A DNA stretch of 63,762 nt, filler included, from Octopus bimaculoides (taxonomy: Eukaryota): assembly GCF_001194135.2 (NCBI RefSeq). It is 5 parts of 5 records of this genome, joined end to end, with 100 filler letters (N's around TTAATTAATTAA, not from the genome) between each part and the next. Parts side by side here need not be neighbours in the genome. Positions count along the whole stretch, not along the records: positions 1 to 14,215 come from NC_068995.1; positions 14,316 to 38,678 come from NC_068981.1; 3 more parts are not named here. One strand, given 5' to 3'. Below the pieces are notes generated by a model that saw only the letters and a list, made by a program, of their open reading frames with translations, had not been told where the DNA came from and did no database searches. This document shows positions 11,913 to 24,287 of the stretch, piece after piece. The translations under genes were made by a program, and so were the position numbers. Each line of letters begins with the position of its first letter. Position 1 is the stretch's first letter.

Positions 11913-12235
11913 CAGGACGTCACAAACCGTAAATAACATGAAATACGAAAACAAAAGAGCTGAATGGATAAACAACGAGAGAAACAAATGGAAAACACAA
12001 GTAACATAAAGAACGAACCTTCATCAGTTGTCGGCTGTCCATCTACTCCTCATTTTGAGCATTGAACGATAATATGAGTCTTCGAAGTGCAGTTGCTCCC
12101 GCAAACCAAAATTATATATGGGGTTTGCCGAGGGTCAAAGTTGGTAACAAAAGCAGGATAGTGGAGACATACAAGGAAACCGAACAAAAATAAACACGAA
12201 GATAAAATAGCGAAGATAAAATAGCGAACGCTGGA
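11913..12235 (-). mobile_element. Possible Penelope-like terminal sequence remnant
   Basis: Contains GACAACTGATGAAGG on the minus strand in a context I recall from PLE ends; there is no downstream GAAA and no ORF. Confidence 0.25.
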
Positions 12236-12483
12236 GAAATATTATCTTTGACAAGAGGAAAGATTGAAGAGAGAAAAAGATGGGATACGTGCAGTCTTTA
12301 CGACAGCCATGTATTCAACTCTTTTGTTTTCCTCTTTTTCTCCCCTTCGCCGTTTTCTTTCTGTCTGTCTGTCTGTCTGTCTGTCTCTCCCTCTTTCTCC
12401 TTTACACTCGCTCTCTCGTTGCTCACACGTGACCATCGTCCTTCTTTATTTTCCTTCACGTCTGTCGTAAGGCAGCCAAGTAA

Positions 12484-12485
12484 GT

Positions 12486-12555
<70 letters not shown>
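12484..12555. repeat. (TATC)n microsatellite
   Basis: Read directly. Confidence 0.95.
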
Positions 12556-13427
12556 CTGCACGCACTCGTGCAGTGTCCAACTATTTCGGAGCTGTGGGCT
12601 TATGTCGAACGACTGCTGTCACGTGTGGGACGAGTCGGTTTATCAACCGAGTCTATCGTCAATATCGTCACGCCTCCTTCCTTTAAACGGGAAGGAAGAG
12701 CTGTATTTATCGTGCTTGTGGCTATGGCGAAAGAATGCATCTGGTGGACGCGTCTGAAAGGATTAGAGACAAACACTTTCCTCTCTGATCAATCTCTCAT
12801 CAACTNNNNNNNNNNNNNNNNNNNNNNNNNNNNNNNNNNNNNNNNNNNNNNNNNNNNNNNNNNNNNNNNNNNNNNNNNNNNNNNNNNNNNNNNNNNNNNN
12901 NNNNNNNNNNNNNNNNNNNNNNNNNNNNNNNNNNNNNNNNNNNNNNNNNNNNNNNNNNNNNNNNNNNNNNNNNNNNNNNNNNNNNNNNNNNNNNNNNNNN
13001 NNNNNNNNNNNNNNNNNNNNNNNNNNNNNNNNNNNNNNNNNNNNNNNNNNNNNNNNNNNNNNNNNNNNNNNNNNNNNNNNNNNNNNNNNNNNNNNNNNNN
13101 NNNNNNNNNNNNNNNNNNNNNNNNNNNNNNNNNNNNNNNNNNNNNNNNNNNNNNNNNNNNNNNNNNNNNNNNNNNNNNNNNNNNNNNNNNNNNNNNNNTT
13201 TCGTAGGTTTTTCTTTCCACGGATAACCTCCCCATTTATTGGGAATTTTCTGTATTATTTCGTATTTTTTGTAAATACCCCAAACGTTTTACGATGTTTT
13301 TTGTTCATCGTTGTCCCCTCTTTTGTTTGTTTTTTTTTCTGCTTTGTTTTCGCCCCCCTCGAAAAGAAAAACGCTACATTTGTATTTTGTCCCTTCTATG
13401 TTGAGCCCTGTGTGGCTAATAAAGAAA
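12556..13427 (+). mobile_element. 5'-truncated Tx1/L1-clade LINE (ORF2 C-terminus, gap, 3' UTR)
   Basis: LHALVQCPTISELWAYVERLLSRVG...AVFIVLVAMAKECIWWTRLKG is the C-terminal zinc-binding region of L1/Tx1 ORF2. After the gap is a T-rich 3' UTR ending GCTAATAAAGAAA. Linkage across the gap is assumed. Confidence 0.7.
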
Positions 13428-13429
13428 CA

Positions 13430-13575
<146 letters not shown>

Positions 13576-16500
13576 TCTTTCTATCTGAGATTCTTTAGAT
13601 GAATAGATGCACACACCTGGGTGTGTGCTTCGACAGTCCAACCAACATATCAACATATCAAATCAGTCACATATTTACAAACACCGGGAGCTTTCTTAAC
13701 TCAAAAGTCTTATCGCTTTCTTAAAGACCGGCTTGAACTCTCTCAGGAAGAACTTAAATACAACTATAAGAAAAGCATACATCCATACATACATATACAT
13801 ACATACACACATGCATGCATACATACATACATACATACATACATACATACATACATACATACATACGCGTATGAATGGATATAAGCATGCATGTATATCC
13901 AGTAAGGCATGTCTTACGTTCTGCCTCAGCAAACGCTGTTTCACCAGAAAGAGAGAGTGAGGGAGAGGGACAGAAAGAGAGGTGGGAAGAGGGAGAGAGG
14001 GACAGAGAGAAAGAGAGATGACTGCTGCTGTCGAAACTTCGGCGGACATCAGAGAAAGGCATACAAAAGAAATATATTCTATATCTACGGACTGTTCCTC
14101 TGCATTGATTCCCACCTAACAGTTCTCCCACACAGGCAAACAGAAGCCAGTGCTGTGAGGGGTGAGGCAGAACCAGATCTAGAAATATAATCAATGCATG
14201 AACATCATCCCCCCCNNNNNNNNNNNNNNNNNNNNNNNNNNNNNNNNNNNNNNNNNNNNTTAATTAATTAANNNNNNNNNNNNNNNNNNNNNNNNNNNNN
14301 NNNNNNNNNNNNNNNCCTCTAGAGTTAGAATGGTGTGATTTCTTGTCCTGTGATAATAGCAAGCTCTTTGTAGGAAAACGGTAGAATTTGAATGAAGCAC
14401 TGATGTTTTGCATCAGCAAAGGCAAATAATTCAAACAGTAGAATGTGTTTTTATGCCATGAGGAAGAAGAGAAGTCTATAACGTTTTGGACAGAATCTTT
14501 TGTTGGGCAGAAAAAAAGGAAATGTCAGATGGTGTTGAAGGCTATATAAACTAGGTTGAAAGAGAGGGGAAGAAAAGAAGAAGGAGGGGAGAAAAAGAAG
14601 GAGCATCGAAGGAAAAGTGCCACTAAAGAGAGAGATAGATAGATAGTGAGAGAGAGAGAGGTGGTAATGGCCAGAGAGATGAGAAAATACAAGAGAAAAT
14701 AAATGCCAGTAGATATGAAAATGTTGAGCCGAGAGTAGATAAGACAGTATACAGATACATACACACTCACACATGCATAAAGGTATTTACAAATACAGGC
14801 TCTCTCTCTCTCTCTCTTTCACACACACACACACGCATACACACACACAGAGGAAGTGAAAGAAGTTTATTCATACACTCACGTGCACAAATATAGATGC
14901 ATGTATGAATACAAAAGAAGATACGTGCATGTTAATATACTTCATACAAAATATACAACCACACACATATATAAATATCTCAAGTCATTATTATGTATGC
15001 ATATATAAGCATGTATATATGTGTGTGTGTGTATATATATATATGTGTGTGTGTGTGTGTATGTAATATATATATATATTTCTATATATATATATTAATA
15101 GTTTAGAGAAGAACCACCACGGTGCAACTCAAACGATGAAGGAGATCAGACACCATCAAGAAAAGCGTACTATACAAAATACTAATTTAAAAATCTAAAA
15201 AATCCAAGAGACAAGCTACATATACAAGTACACACACACACACACACACACATGCATATACATGGTCAAAAATCTATGTACAGGGTAACAAACAAGTGAG
15301 ATTTGTTACAGTCACTCAACGCACTTAGAAACAACAAACAAATCTCACTCACATCAAGTACCAACTTTTTAAACTGGAAGGACNNNNNNNNNNNNNNNNN
15401 NNNNNNNNNNNNNNNNNNNNNNNNNNNNNNNNNNNNNNNNNNNNNNNNNNNNNNNNNNNNNNNNNNNNNNNNNNNNNNNNNNNNNNNNNNNNNNNNNNNN
15501 NNNNNNNNNNNNNNNNNNNNNNNNNNNNNNNNNNNNNNNNNNNNNNNNNNNNNNNNNNNNNNNNNNNNNNNNNNNNNNNNNNNNNNNNNNNNNNNNNNNN
15601 NNNNNNNNNNNNNNNGGTTTGGGTGGTAAGCTTTCTTATAAACTCAATGATTTTTATATAAATACTTTTTGTAGTCTCTCTTTATATATATTTCTTCAGT
15701 CTTTATCTGTGATGCTTTATGCTATGATTTCATTAATCTCATGGTTGATTAAATCCTACCTTCTTAAGTCTGTTATGGATTATTAAATTATTGTAATGTA
15801 TCTGAATAATAATTTTTCCTGATGCAAAAGCATATTTCAAATTATTGTTGATCTGTTCTTTTGCAATTCTTAAATGCACTTAGTGTGTTTGTTGGCTTGC
15901 AATAAGTAAGAAAATCAATAATTCTTATGCATCATTCTGTTTCATTGGAACTACGCTCTACTGACAGGGTACCATAAGTTTATGATCTGTATAATTGGCC
16001 TTGGACAAAAGCAAAGACAGGGTTTCAGTTACTCAAAGCTGAATACAACATTCCGTGTGCACAGTGCTTACAGAGACAGGATTTGTGAATTAATTAAGCA
16101 ACAGTTGATGGGAATGCTTGTCAACAACTAGTGGTGGGTTGCTTCGAAGAGGATGATCTAAAAAAGATCAACAGGATTTAGCAAAGAAGTAAGAGCAAAG
16201 AGAAACGGATTAGAGGGGAAGAAAGGGAAAAATCAGAAGAGCTGATAAAGAAAGGTATCATGACTGACATGCTAGCAGCAAGAATGGCTCTCAATTATTC
16301 ATCGTGAAACATATAGGTTGTTGAGGTGTATGCTCTGGATCAAATAAATACCAGTCAAATGCCAGACACTCATGTCACAGCTCTCTGCCAGAAAAGAAAT
16401 ATGACCGGTAGAATTTCTATGTTAACTTTCCATAAAGAACTGATGGTGGGAAACAGTGACATTCTCTGGTTACTCAGGGTATCAACAAGAATCAACTGGC

Positions 16501-16870
16501 TGTCTGTTCTGAAGAACTGCAAGCATGGAAACTATGGATAAATTCCAGAAATTTCTGGCTTGGAAACTTTATTGTGGAGCACTATTGATTCAAGATGTAT
16601 AAAATATGAATTATTCTGTTCAAAATACCCTTCGCATCCATCACTTTTTTTTCTATAACATATGAACTCTAAATGCTTACATTTGTAAATCACATAAACA
16701 TAGAAAATGATAATATGCAACAGCAGCAGCCTAGGGCCAGGAAGGAAATTGTCTCAGTTGTGTTTTTCAGTTGAATGCTAAGCAGCAACTATTGAATAAC
16801 CTATTTTCTATTTGTATAATAACAGTTAAAAGTATTTGTTTATAGGAAAGTGGGTTATACATCTTTAGAT

Positions 16871-17172
16871 TGTATACCTGACTTTCTACTATAAAATTAT
16901 AGAATATAACGGAACGCTGAACTCCAGACTAAACAACTTAAACAACACTTTATTTAGGTGGTAAACATATAAACACATCTTTAGTTCTTGTTGTGAGCGA
17001 GCTGTCGAGTGTAAGTCCGAAAGATGTAGAGACAGCTTTAAACACACGTCCATGCTCAATCGCTGGCCAGCGAGAAAGAGAATGAATTGAGCGGGAAACG
17101 CTTGCTTGTTTAATTCTATGCATGCGTAAGACTACGCATGCGTAAGACTACGCATGCGCAGGCGTTACTACA
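16871..17172 (-). mobile_element. Possible solo LTR
   Basis: Minus strand begins TGTAGTAAC and ends GTATACA, with an internal AATAAA; CpG-richer than the flanks. No TSD found. Confidence 0.3.
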
Positions 17173-18454
17173 TGTTAAAGCTCCCAGTCAAGATACTCTA
17201 AAACTTTTTTGGTGTATTTTTATATCACCTCTTTTCTGTTGGTATTTTATAATACTAATTATGCCTTCCAATCCCTGAAATCCCCAATTCAGTCATACCT
17301 GTAAATACTTATCGTTCCTTAGTTAAGACTGGATGACCATCAAACAAAATGAGGAAACAGTGAATGAATTAAAGAAAGATTTAAAACAGTTGGATTAACT
17401 TGGGTATAAACAACAACAACAAGGGCTCTGACTTTCATGCAAATTAGGGCATTACTTCCAGTAGATCCTATACTAAATTTGTTTTCCTCTGGCTTCTGCA
17501 GATTTCCACCATTCAACACCCAATCCATTTCACTACAATGTGGCATTACACTCAAAGGAATTTTACATGGTTGCCATAGCTAAATCTTCCCTAAATCATG
17601 CCTTCTTTCTTAAAAATGACGGTATATATTGGACATTGTCGTCCTAGATATACAGAAAGACAAGATGATATGATCATGTGATCATAGTTGGATTGCTCTT
17701 TGTCAGAGGTCTTCTCTCCTCCACCAGGGCTGACTTGCAGTTAAACTGCTTTTCTTACACATGACTTTACACACATAGAGATATACCCAACACTGCCTGT
17801 GATAGAAGACAGAAACTACTACTACTACATCCTGTAACAACTATTATATAAGAAAGAGATAAATGACTAGAGTAATAATCACTCTATTTGTTTCCTTTTG
17901 TTCCATTTCTGGATGAGATCAAACAACAAACATTAGACAGGCAGTTTACAATGATTTGATGAAGATGGAAGACATCTGAAACAGCTTGCGTTATTTACAA
18001 AAATTCCAAAAATGTGTAGTCATTATTAGTTTTAGCAGCAAAAGTAATTTGTGAGCAGATGTGGCTGGACTGATTTTGTAATGAATTTAGAAATTGAGAT
18101 TTCGAAAGATTACTTTATAAACTAATTAATTTTTGTTGTGTGGGATGAAAGAACACGAGAAAACTTAAGCAGACACATTTTCTAAATAAGAAATTAGTTT
18201 AGTCCTTCTTGTGAAAGAAATGAGAGAATGTTTAAGTTTTTATTTTAAGATAATCACAAATAGTAACTTGTTTAAATTTGTCAAAAATATCTAATGAAAT
18301 TTTTTAAATATTTGGAAAGCCAAATATTTTAGTCAAATGCAAAATGTTTCACTTTGGAATGATCGTTTCTGATGAGCAACTTTGAAAATTATAACTTGAA
18401 TTTCACTTTAAACATACTCTTCTATATTCATGTATATGACTCTCTCACCAGAAG

Positions 18455-18666
18455 CCAATACGCTCAGATTACTCTGCCAAATATAATGCTTATTTATTCA
18501 CATTGTTTTAAATTAATCATGCATAATCTTGAAACTGTGACAATGTGATTACTTACTTTAAGAGTATTATTGTAGAGTAAATGTGAGAAGCCATATATGG
18601 CCAGTTTTAACATAAAACTGGTAGAATATTTAAACCAGATATGGCTGGTTTAAATGCAAGGATTAA
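18455..18666 (+). mobile_element. MITE with piggyBac-like (TTAA-CCC/GGG-TTAA type) terminus, copy 1
   Basis: Ends GGTTTAAATGCAAGGATTAA; reverse-complement similar to 18725-18950. Confidence 0.55.
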
Positions 18667-18724
18667 GCCAATTATGCATTAGAATGTACCATTCAAAAGA
18701 TGCATTAAGTAAATGTTGCTCGAG

Positions 18725-18950
18725 TAACACTTTGGTATCTAAACCGACTATATCTGGCTGAAATATTCTATCTGTTTTAGGCTCAAACTGGCCAGAACCT
18801 GCCTCTCACACCTACTCTACAATGTCGTTCTAGAAATAAACAGCCACATCATTGAAATCTTGAAGCTACAAGGTAATATATGACTATTTCCAAACAATGT
18901 AAATAATAAGTATTACATTTGAAAGAATAACCTGAATGGTAAAGGATTAA
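18725..18950 (-). mobile_element. MITE with piggyBac-like termini, copy 2
   Basis: Ends TAACACTTTGG... and ...GGTAAAGGATTAA are degenerate TTAACCCTTT/AAAGGGTTAA termini; inverted relative to copy 1. Confidence 0.6.
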
Positions 18951-19249
18951 AATTAAAATATAGATTAATTTTGCTTTTATTTTGCAACTTATACAATAAG
19001 AAATATTTTTTGAAAAATATGTTGATTATTGCTTAATATTAACAAAATGTGAATAACACATTGTATAATCATACTGAAGGAGAAAGAATGTCAACCTTGA
19101 TCTGAATCAGCTAATCACATGTGAAATGTTTGTTGCCATTTTCATTTGTATATCAAAAGGAACCACAAGGTAACATTTGTATCTTGCTACTACATGGAAA
19201 AAAAATGGAAAGAAACTCCTGAAAAGACAAGAAAAAGATTCCAAATGCT

Positions 19250-20050
19250 TAAAATTCAGAGAGCTCCTACCTCTGCTGATTAGAAAGAGCCTCTCACTCA
19301 GAGTAAAAGGTAGACTGTATGATGCCTGTGTGTGAACAACCATGCTACACAGCAATGAAACACATGCTGTGACTGCTGAGGACATGCGCTGGGTTGAAAG
19401 AAATGAAGCTAGTATGCTCCGCTGGATGAGGAAAGCTGTGTGAATAAGTGTCATACCCTAACAGTGGAGGGAACTTGTGGAAGAGGTAGACCCAGGAAAA
19501 CTTGGGATGAGGTGGTGAAGCACGACCTTCAAGCATTGGGCCTCACAGAGGTAATGACAAATGACCGTGACCTGACAAGCCAAGTGAGATTATAGCTGTG
19601 GTTGATGCCAGTGTTTGCATAACCGGCCCATTTAAAAGTACCCTTCAATTATCGGGCAATATACTGTGCTTGAGAAGACCTGTTGAGTCAAGTGAAATCG
19701 TTGTTGTGTCCAATGCCAGTGCCGTCAGACTGGTACCCGTGCTGGTGGCACATAAAAAGCACCATTCGAACGTAGTAGATGCCAGTGCTGCCTCCTGGCT
19801 CTCGCGCCAGGGGTTCATAAAAAATACCATTCAAGCATGGTCAAATTCAGTGCTGCTTGACTGGTCCCCATGCCAGTGACACATAAAAAACACCCACTAC
19901 ATTCTCAGAGTGGTTGGCATTAGGAGGGGCATCCAGCTGTAGAACCTTGCCAGATCAAATTGGAGCCTGCTGACTTGCCAGTCTTCGTACAAACCATTCA
20001 AATCATGCCAGCATGGAAAGGAGACGTTAAACAATGATGGTGATGATGAT
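19250..20050 (+). mobile_element. 5'-truncated RTE LINE (ORF C-terminus plus 3' UTR with GAT tail)
   Basis: KFRELLPLLIRKSLSLRVKGRLYDACV*TTMLHSNETHAVTAEDMRWVERNEASMLRWM, then the shared 3' UTR ending CCAGCATGGAAAGGAGACGTTAAACAATGATG. Confidence 0.85.
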
Positions 20051-20974
20051 ATAGCCTCAATAGAATTTCTTCCAGTAAATACATGTACATTTAACTGATC
20101 TTTTTTTCGTCATATGATAACCATTTATCTGATTGCTCCAATTTAGCTTTATAAAACAAATTATTCCTTTGACAAAAATACAAGAAGAGATATGTACAAT
20201 GTCTATCATATTTGTATAACATAAATTATCTAATTGACTTATCAATGTATTTTTTCACTAAAACATTCATGTAAACTGTTGCAAATTAATAGCTAGTATT
20301 TTCTCCAATTGAATTCCATATTTGACTTGTTTTGTCAATCCACACGGTATAGTATTAATGTTACTATATAATACCATCAAGATCTGTTAGAACATATTTT
20401 CTCTCTTGGTAAATTGGGAAATACAGGAAAATTATATACAACCAATTTCCTGTCATATTTAATAACAAACCCTTAAATTTCCTATATTGGTGACTCTGAT
20501 TTTAAATACACCTCAAATAGACATTTTGACAGCTATAGCTCAGTATGTCTTACATTTTTAAGCATTTGAGTAGCACATTGTTTACAAACTCTTTCACACA
20601 CTATTTGTGAAAATCATCAGCTTTAAGTTGCTCTCCATTTTGACTGTCAAACCAGCACATAGTTTTTCATAGTTTGCAAGTCAATTTCATCTTGCAAAAC
20701 CCCCACCCACTCTATTCCCCATGTGCCTTAAGGGGCCACCTGGATACTTTGATACTTCATCTCCACTATCTCTTTACAGCTCCTGCTTATTATCCTCTCT
20801 CTCTCTCTCTCTTTTACTAAATGTGAGTAGTAATACAGCTTCTCTACAAGAGCTACTCTGTGCTCTCCACCCCATTGTCATACTTTAACTCCTTGTTCCA
20901 TAGCTAAAAGCTGACACCTTCTCCCTCAGGGTTTGTTATATTGCAAGCTGCAGGGTGACATCAATAGTGTTGGT

Positions 20975-21122
20975 ATAAAAAACACACCCAGTACACACTG
21001 TAAGGTGGTTGGCATTAGCAAAGGCATTCAGCCATAGGAACCAATACCAAAGTTGACTGAGAAGCATGATGCAGTCTATGAACCCCTCAAATCCTGTCAA
21101 ACCATCCAACCCATGCCAGCAT
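20975..21122 (+). mobile_element. RTE-type 3' tail fragment
   Basis: GTGGTTGGCATTAGCAAAGGCATTCAGCC...CCATCCAACCCATGCCAGCAT matches the other RTE tails. Confidence 0.6.
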
Positions 21123-21659
21123 CTACTATAATACTCTTGTGTCTTTCTCCATCACAACGTATGAATAAGGAAGGAAGAGGTGATGACAAACTTGGTAGTG
21201 GGATGGTGAATATTCAATTCTGAAAAGAAAAATCAAAGGAAGTATATGAATGTATGTGAACATTGACAAGTGTATTAATTTGATTTACCATCCATATTTT
21301 AAAATAAAATACTACAATTAGCTGTCATTTTTGATGGCACGGGGTCATCTGGTAAAATAATGATGATGATGTCCTATCACTGCTTTGCTTTACCTCAAAA
21401 TAAGAGCAGGTAACTATACTATAACAATTACCAGTTGATGATGTTGACCAAATCAAGGGTAACTAAGCATCAGCACCACCATTTATAATTCAAGAAACAC
21501 CTCAAGACAAACAAAGCAAATCTGGAATTGTTATCTCTCTGTAGATTTTAAAAAAGAAAAAAGAAATAACACACCTAAAACACAGCTTACTTTAGCAGAC
21601 TACTTCTTGGACAGTTGCAATATTCCATTATTTTTTTCCAGCAATGGATATGTTTTTTA

Positions 21660-21862
21660 AAACAATTTGATCCCAACCGAGGCTTTAGGCCATCGTAGTG
21701 AAGGGATTACAAAGAAGGAAAAGAAGGATCCTATAAATTCAAAAAGTGATAATTGACAAAAATCCTGAAGGACTGAAACAAGACAATGGTTGGGAGTTCC
21801 AGAAAGCAGCAGTTTGAGGAAAGACGCTATCAGAATAAAAGGACTTATGACTAATTTCAATC
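21660..21862 (-). mobile_element. CR1/L2-like LINE 3' fragment
   Basis: Minus strand HKSFYSDSVFPQTAAFWNSQPLSCF resembles the CR1-type terminal SFFPRT..LWNSLP motif; related to 26480-26945. Confidence 0.55.
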
Positions 21863-21954
21863 TTTAAGCTGTTATCTACATTTATATTCCTATTATATAC
21901 CATCCTATATATTCCTATTATATACCACCCTATATATTCCTATTATATACTATC

Positions 21955-22545
21955 CATCATCATCATTATTTAACGTCCATTGTCCATGCTGGCATGGGTT
22001 AGATGGTATCACTGGAGCTGGCAAAGTAGGGGAGGAGGCTGCACTAGACTCCAGTATGGTTTGGCATGTTTTCTACAGCTGGATGCCCTTCCTAATACCA
22101 ACCACTTAAAATGTTCTGGGTGCTTTTATGTGGCATTGCACTGGCACTTTTACATGATATCACTTGGGCACTTTTATGTGTCACCACACAGGTGCTTTTA
22201 CATGGCACTACCATGAGTGCTTTATACTTCTAGAAGGATCAGTCTTAACACTTCCATTGCAGAGTACAGGTCTTCTTGAGTACAGCAAAGTACCAGATAT
22301 ATCACTCCTTTGTCATCTTGCTTGAAAGCTTCAGTGTCCTGAGATCGTTCTTCAGTACTTCATCCTATGTCTTCCTGGGTTTTCCACTTCCACATGTTCC
22401 ATCCACTTCATGAGATCATCCTTTCTGTATGGAGCCATCAGCACCCATTCACATCACATGACCAAACCAGTACAGTCTTCTCTTTTGCACACAGCAACCA
22501 ATTCTTCTTATGCCTAACTTCTCTCTCAGAACACTGACACTCTAT
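21955..22545 (-). mobile_element. RTE LINE 3' fragment
   Basis: LREKLGIRRIGCCVQKRRLYWFGHVM...GTCGSGKPRKT*DEVLKNDLRTL plus the shared 3' UTR and CAT tail. Confidence 0.85.
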
Positions 22546-22556
22546 CAAACATATTA

Positions 22557-23105
22557 TCATCATCATCATCATCGTTTAACATCCGCTTTCCATGCTAGCA
22601 TGGGTTGGACGATTTGACTGAGGACTGGTGAAACCGGATGGCAACACCAAGCTCCAATCTAAATTTGGCAGAGTTTCTACAGCTGGATGCCCTTCCTAAC
22701 GCCAACCATTCAGAGAGTGTAGTAGGTGCTTTTACGTGTCACCTGCACGAAGGCCAGTCAGGCGATACTGGCAACGGCCACGCTCGAAATGGTGTCTTTT
22801 ATGTGCCACCCACACAAGCCAGTCCAGGGGCACTGGCAATGATCTCGCTCTAAAATCCTACGAAGGCCAGTCAGGAGGTACTGGCAACGGCCACGCTCAA
22901 AATGGTGCATCTTATGTGCCACCCGCACAAGAGCCAGTCCAGGGGCACTGGCAACGATCTTACTTGGCTTGCCGGGTCTTCTCACGCAAAGGTCTCGGTC
23001 AGTAGTCATCCACTTACATTATACATCCAGTAGAGCATACTAGCCACATTCCTTTCGAACCTTCGCATGTCCTCTGCATTCAGGGCCGAAGTCTCACTAC
23101 CAGTA
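22557..23105 (-). mobile_element. RTE LINE 3' end, relatively young, with duplicated internal UTR unit
   Basis: About 90% similar (by eye) to 35850-36280; ORF scrap GSETSALNAEDMRRFERNVASMLYWM at 23025-23105. Confidence 0.85.
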
Positions 23106-23224
23106 AAATGTATTTCTTTTCTCTTCTTGATTTATGTATTTGGGGTTGATTTATTTTCCACAACACACAACCACAATAATACAAAGAATAAGGATACAAT
23201 AAGACTAAAACTAATAAAATTCAA

Positions 23225-23456
23225 GGCAGCGAGCTGGCAGGAACGTTAGCACGCCAGGTGAAATGCTTAGCGGTATTTCATCTGCTACTACATTCTGAGT
23301 TCAAATTCCGCCGAGGTCAACTTTGCCTTTCATCCTTTCGGGGTCGATTAAATAAGGACCAGTTACATACTGGGGTCAATATAATCGACTTAATCCATTT
23401 GTCTGTCCTTGTTTGTCCCCTCTGTGTGTAACCCCTTGTGGGCAGTAAAGAAATAA
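23225..23456 (+). mobile_element. SINE family B with alternative 3' tail and 19-bp TSD
   Basis: Head GGCAGCGAGCTGGCAG, B-box-like GAGTTCAAATTCC, central GCCTTTCATCCTTTCGGGGTCGAT; TAAAACTAATAAAATTCAA at 23206-23224 and 23457-23475. Confidence 0.9.
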
Positions 23457-23859
23457 TAAAACTAATAAAATTCAACCAACACACGCATGCAAACATACAT
23501 ACACACACAGACACACACACACAAACACACACATAACTTTTTACATTGGAAGCAACAATAGGAAGCAAATTAAACAGATACCAATACTATATCATCAGTG
23601 GTCATATATGTTATTGAGATGTAATATAATACAGAAAAATCAGTTGAAAATCTAAATTGCTTAAAAATATATACCCATTAAGAAGACTGAAGGATTGGTG
23701 TGATGGAAAATGTTTCCAGGCAAAAGAAGAAAGAAAGATATAGATGAATAAAGAGCGAGAATATTTATAGTCTTTAATACCATGGCTCTTGCAAAACATT
23801 ACAATATTGGTTTTAATATACAGTTTCAGATCAAAATTCTTGAAAGACTAACTGAAATA

Positions 23860-23865
23860 TGATGT

Positions 23866-23960
<95 letters not shown>
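23860..23960. repeat. (TG)n microsatellite
   Basis: Read directly. Confidence 0.95.
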
Positions 23961-23961
<1 letters not shown>

Positions 23962-24059
23962 ATGCGTGTGTGTGTGTATGTGTGTGCATGCATATATGTG
24001 TGGGGGGGCATAGGCAGCAACAGATATACATACACACACACGTACATACATTTACATTC

Positions 24060-24096
<37 letters not shown>

Positions 24097-24287
24097 CACA
24101 CACATTTTCAGGGCAATTCATTGCACCTGGCTGCGAAGTATAGTGTTTTTTCAACATTTGGCATCTTTAAAGAAACTTTCCTAGGACAATATACCACAGC
24201 CTACAAGCATTTACCAACACACATACATCATGATAATATTTACATTACAGAACTGCATCTAACAAAAAATTTTGAGATGCATATATA

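Noticed and set aside
12000-12045. CTGATGA on the minus strand at 12021-12027
   Set aside because: No GAAA or stem II follows before the gap, so no hammerhead can be drawn.
6563-13235. Long ORFs spanning N-runs (also 57232-58439)
   Set aside because: They are open only because N translates as X.
14260-14271. TTAATTAATTAA embedded in N-runs (also 38723-38734, 55938-55949, 62437-62448)
   Set aside because: An identical all-frame-stop 12-mer centred in four gaps is an assembly spacer, not biology.
15950-16720. Coding-like purine-rich region including ORFs 16326-16541 and 16532-16720
   Set aside because: Stops in all frames and no recognisable domain; possibly an old transposon, but I cannot assign it.
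18369-18390. CTGATGA...GAAA motif (similar chance hits at 22620, 41465, 45388)
   Set aside because: No stem I or stem II pairing; expected by chance.
21901-21955. Small tandem duplications (25 bp here; 14 bp at about 12197-12227; about 15 bp at about 10620-10650)
   Set aside because: Ordinary replication-slippage products.
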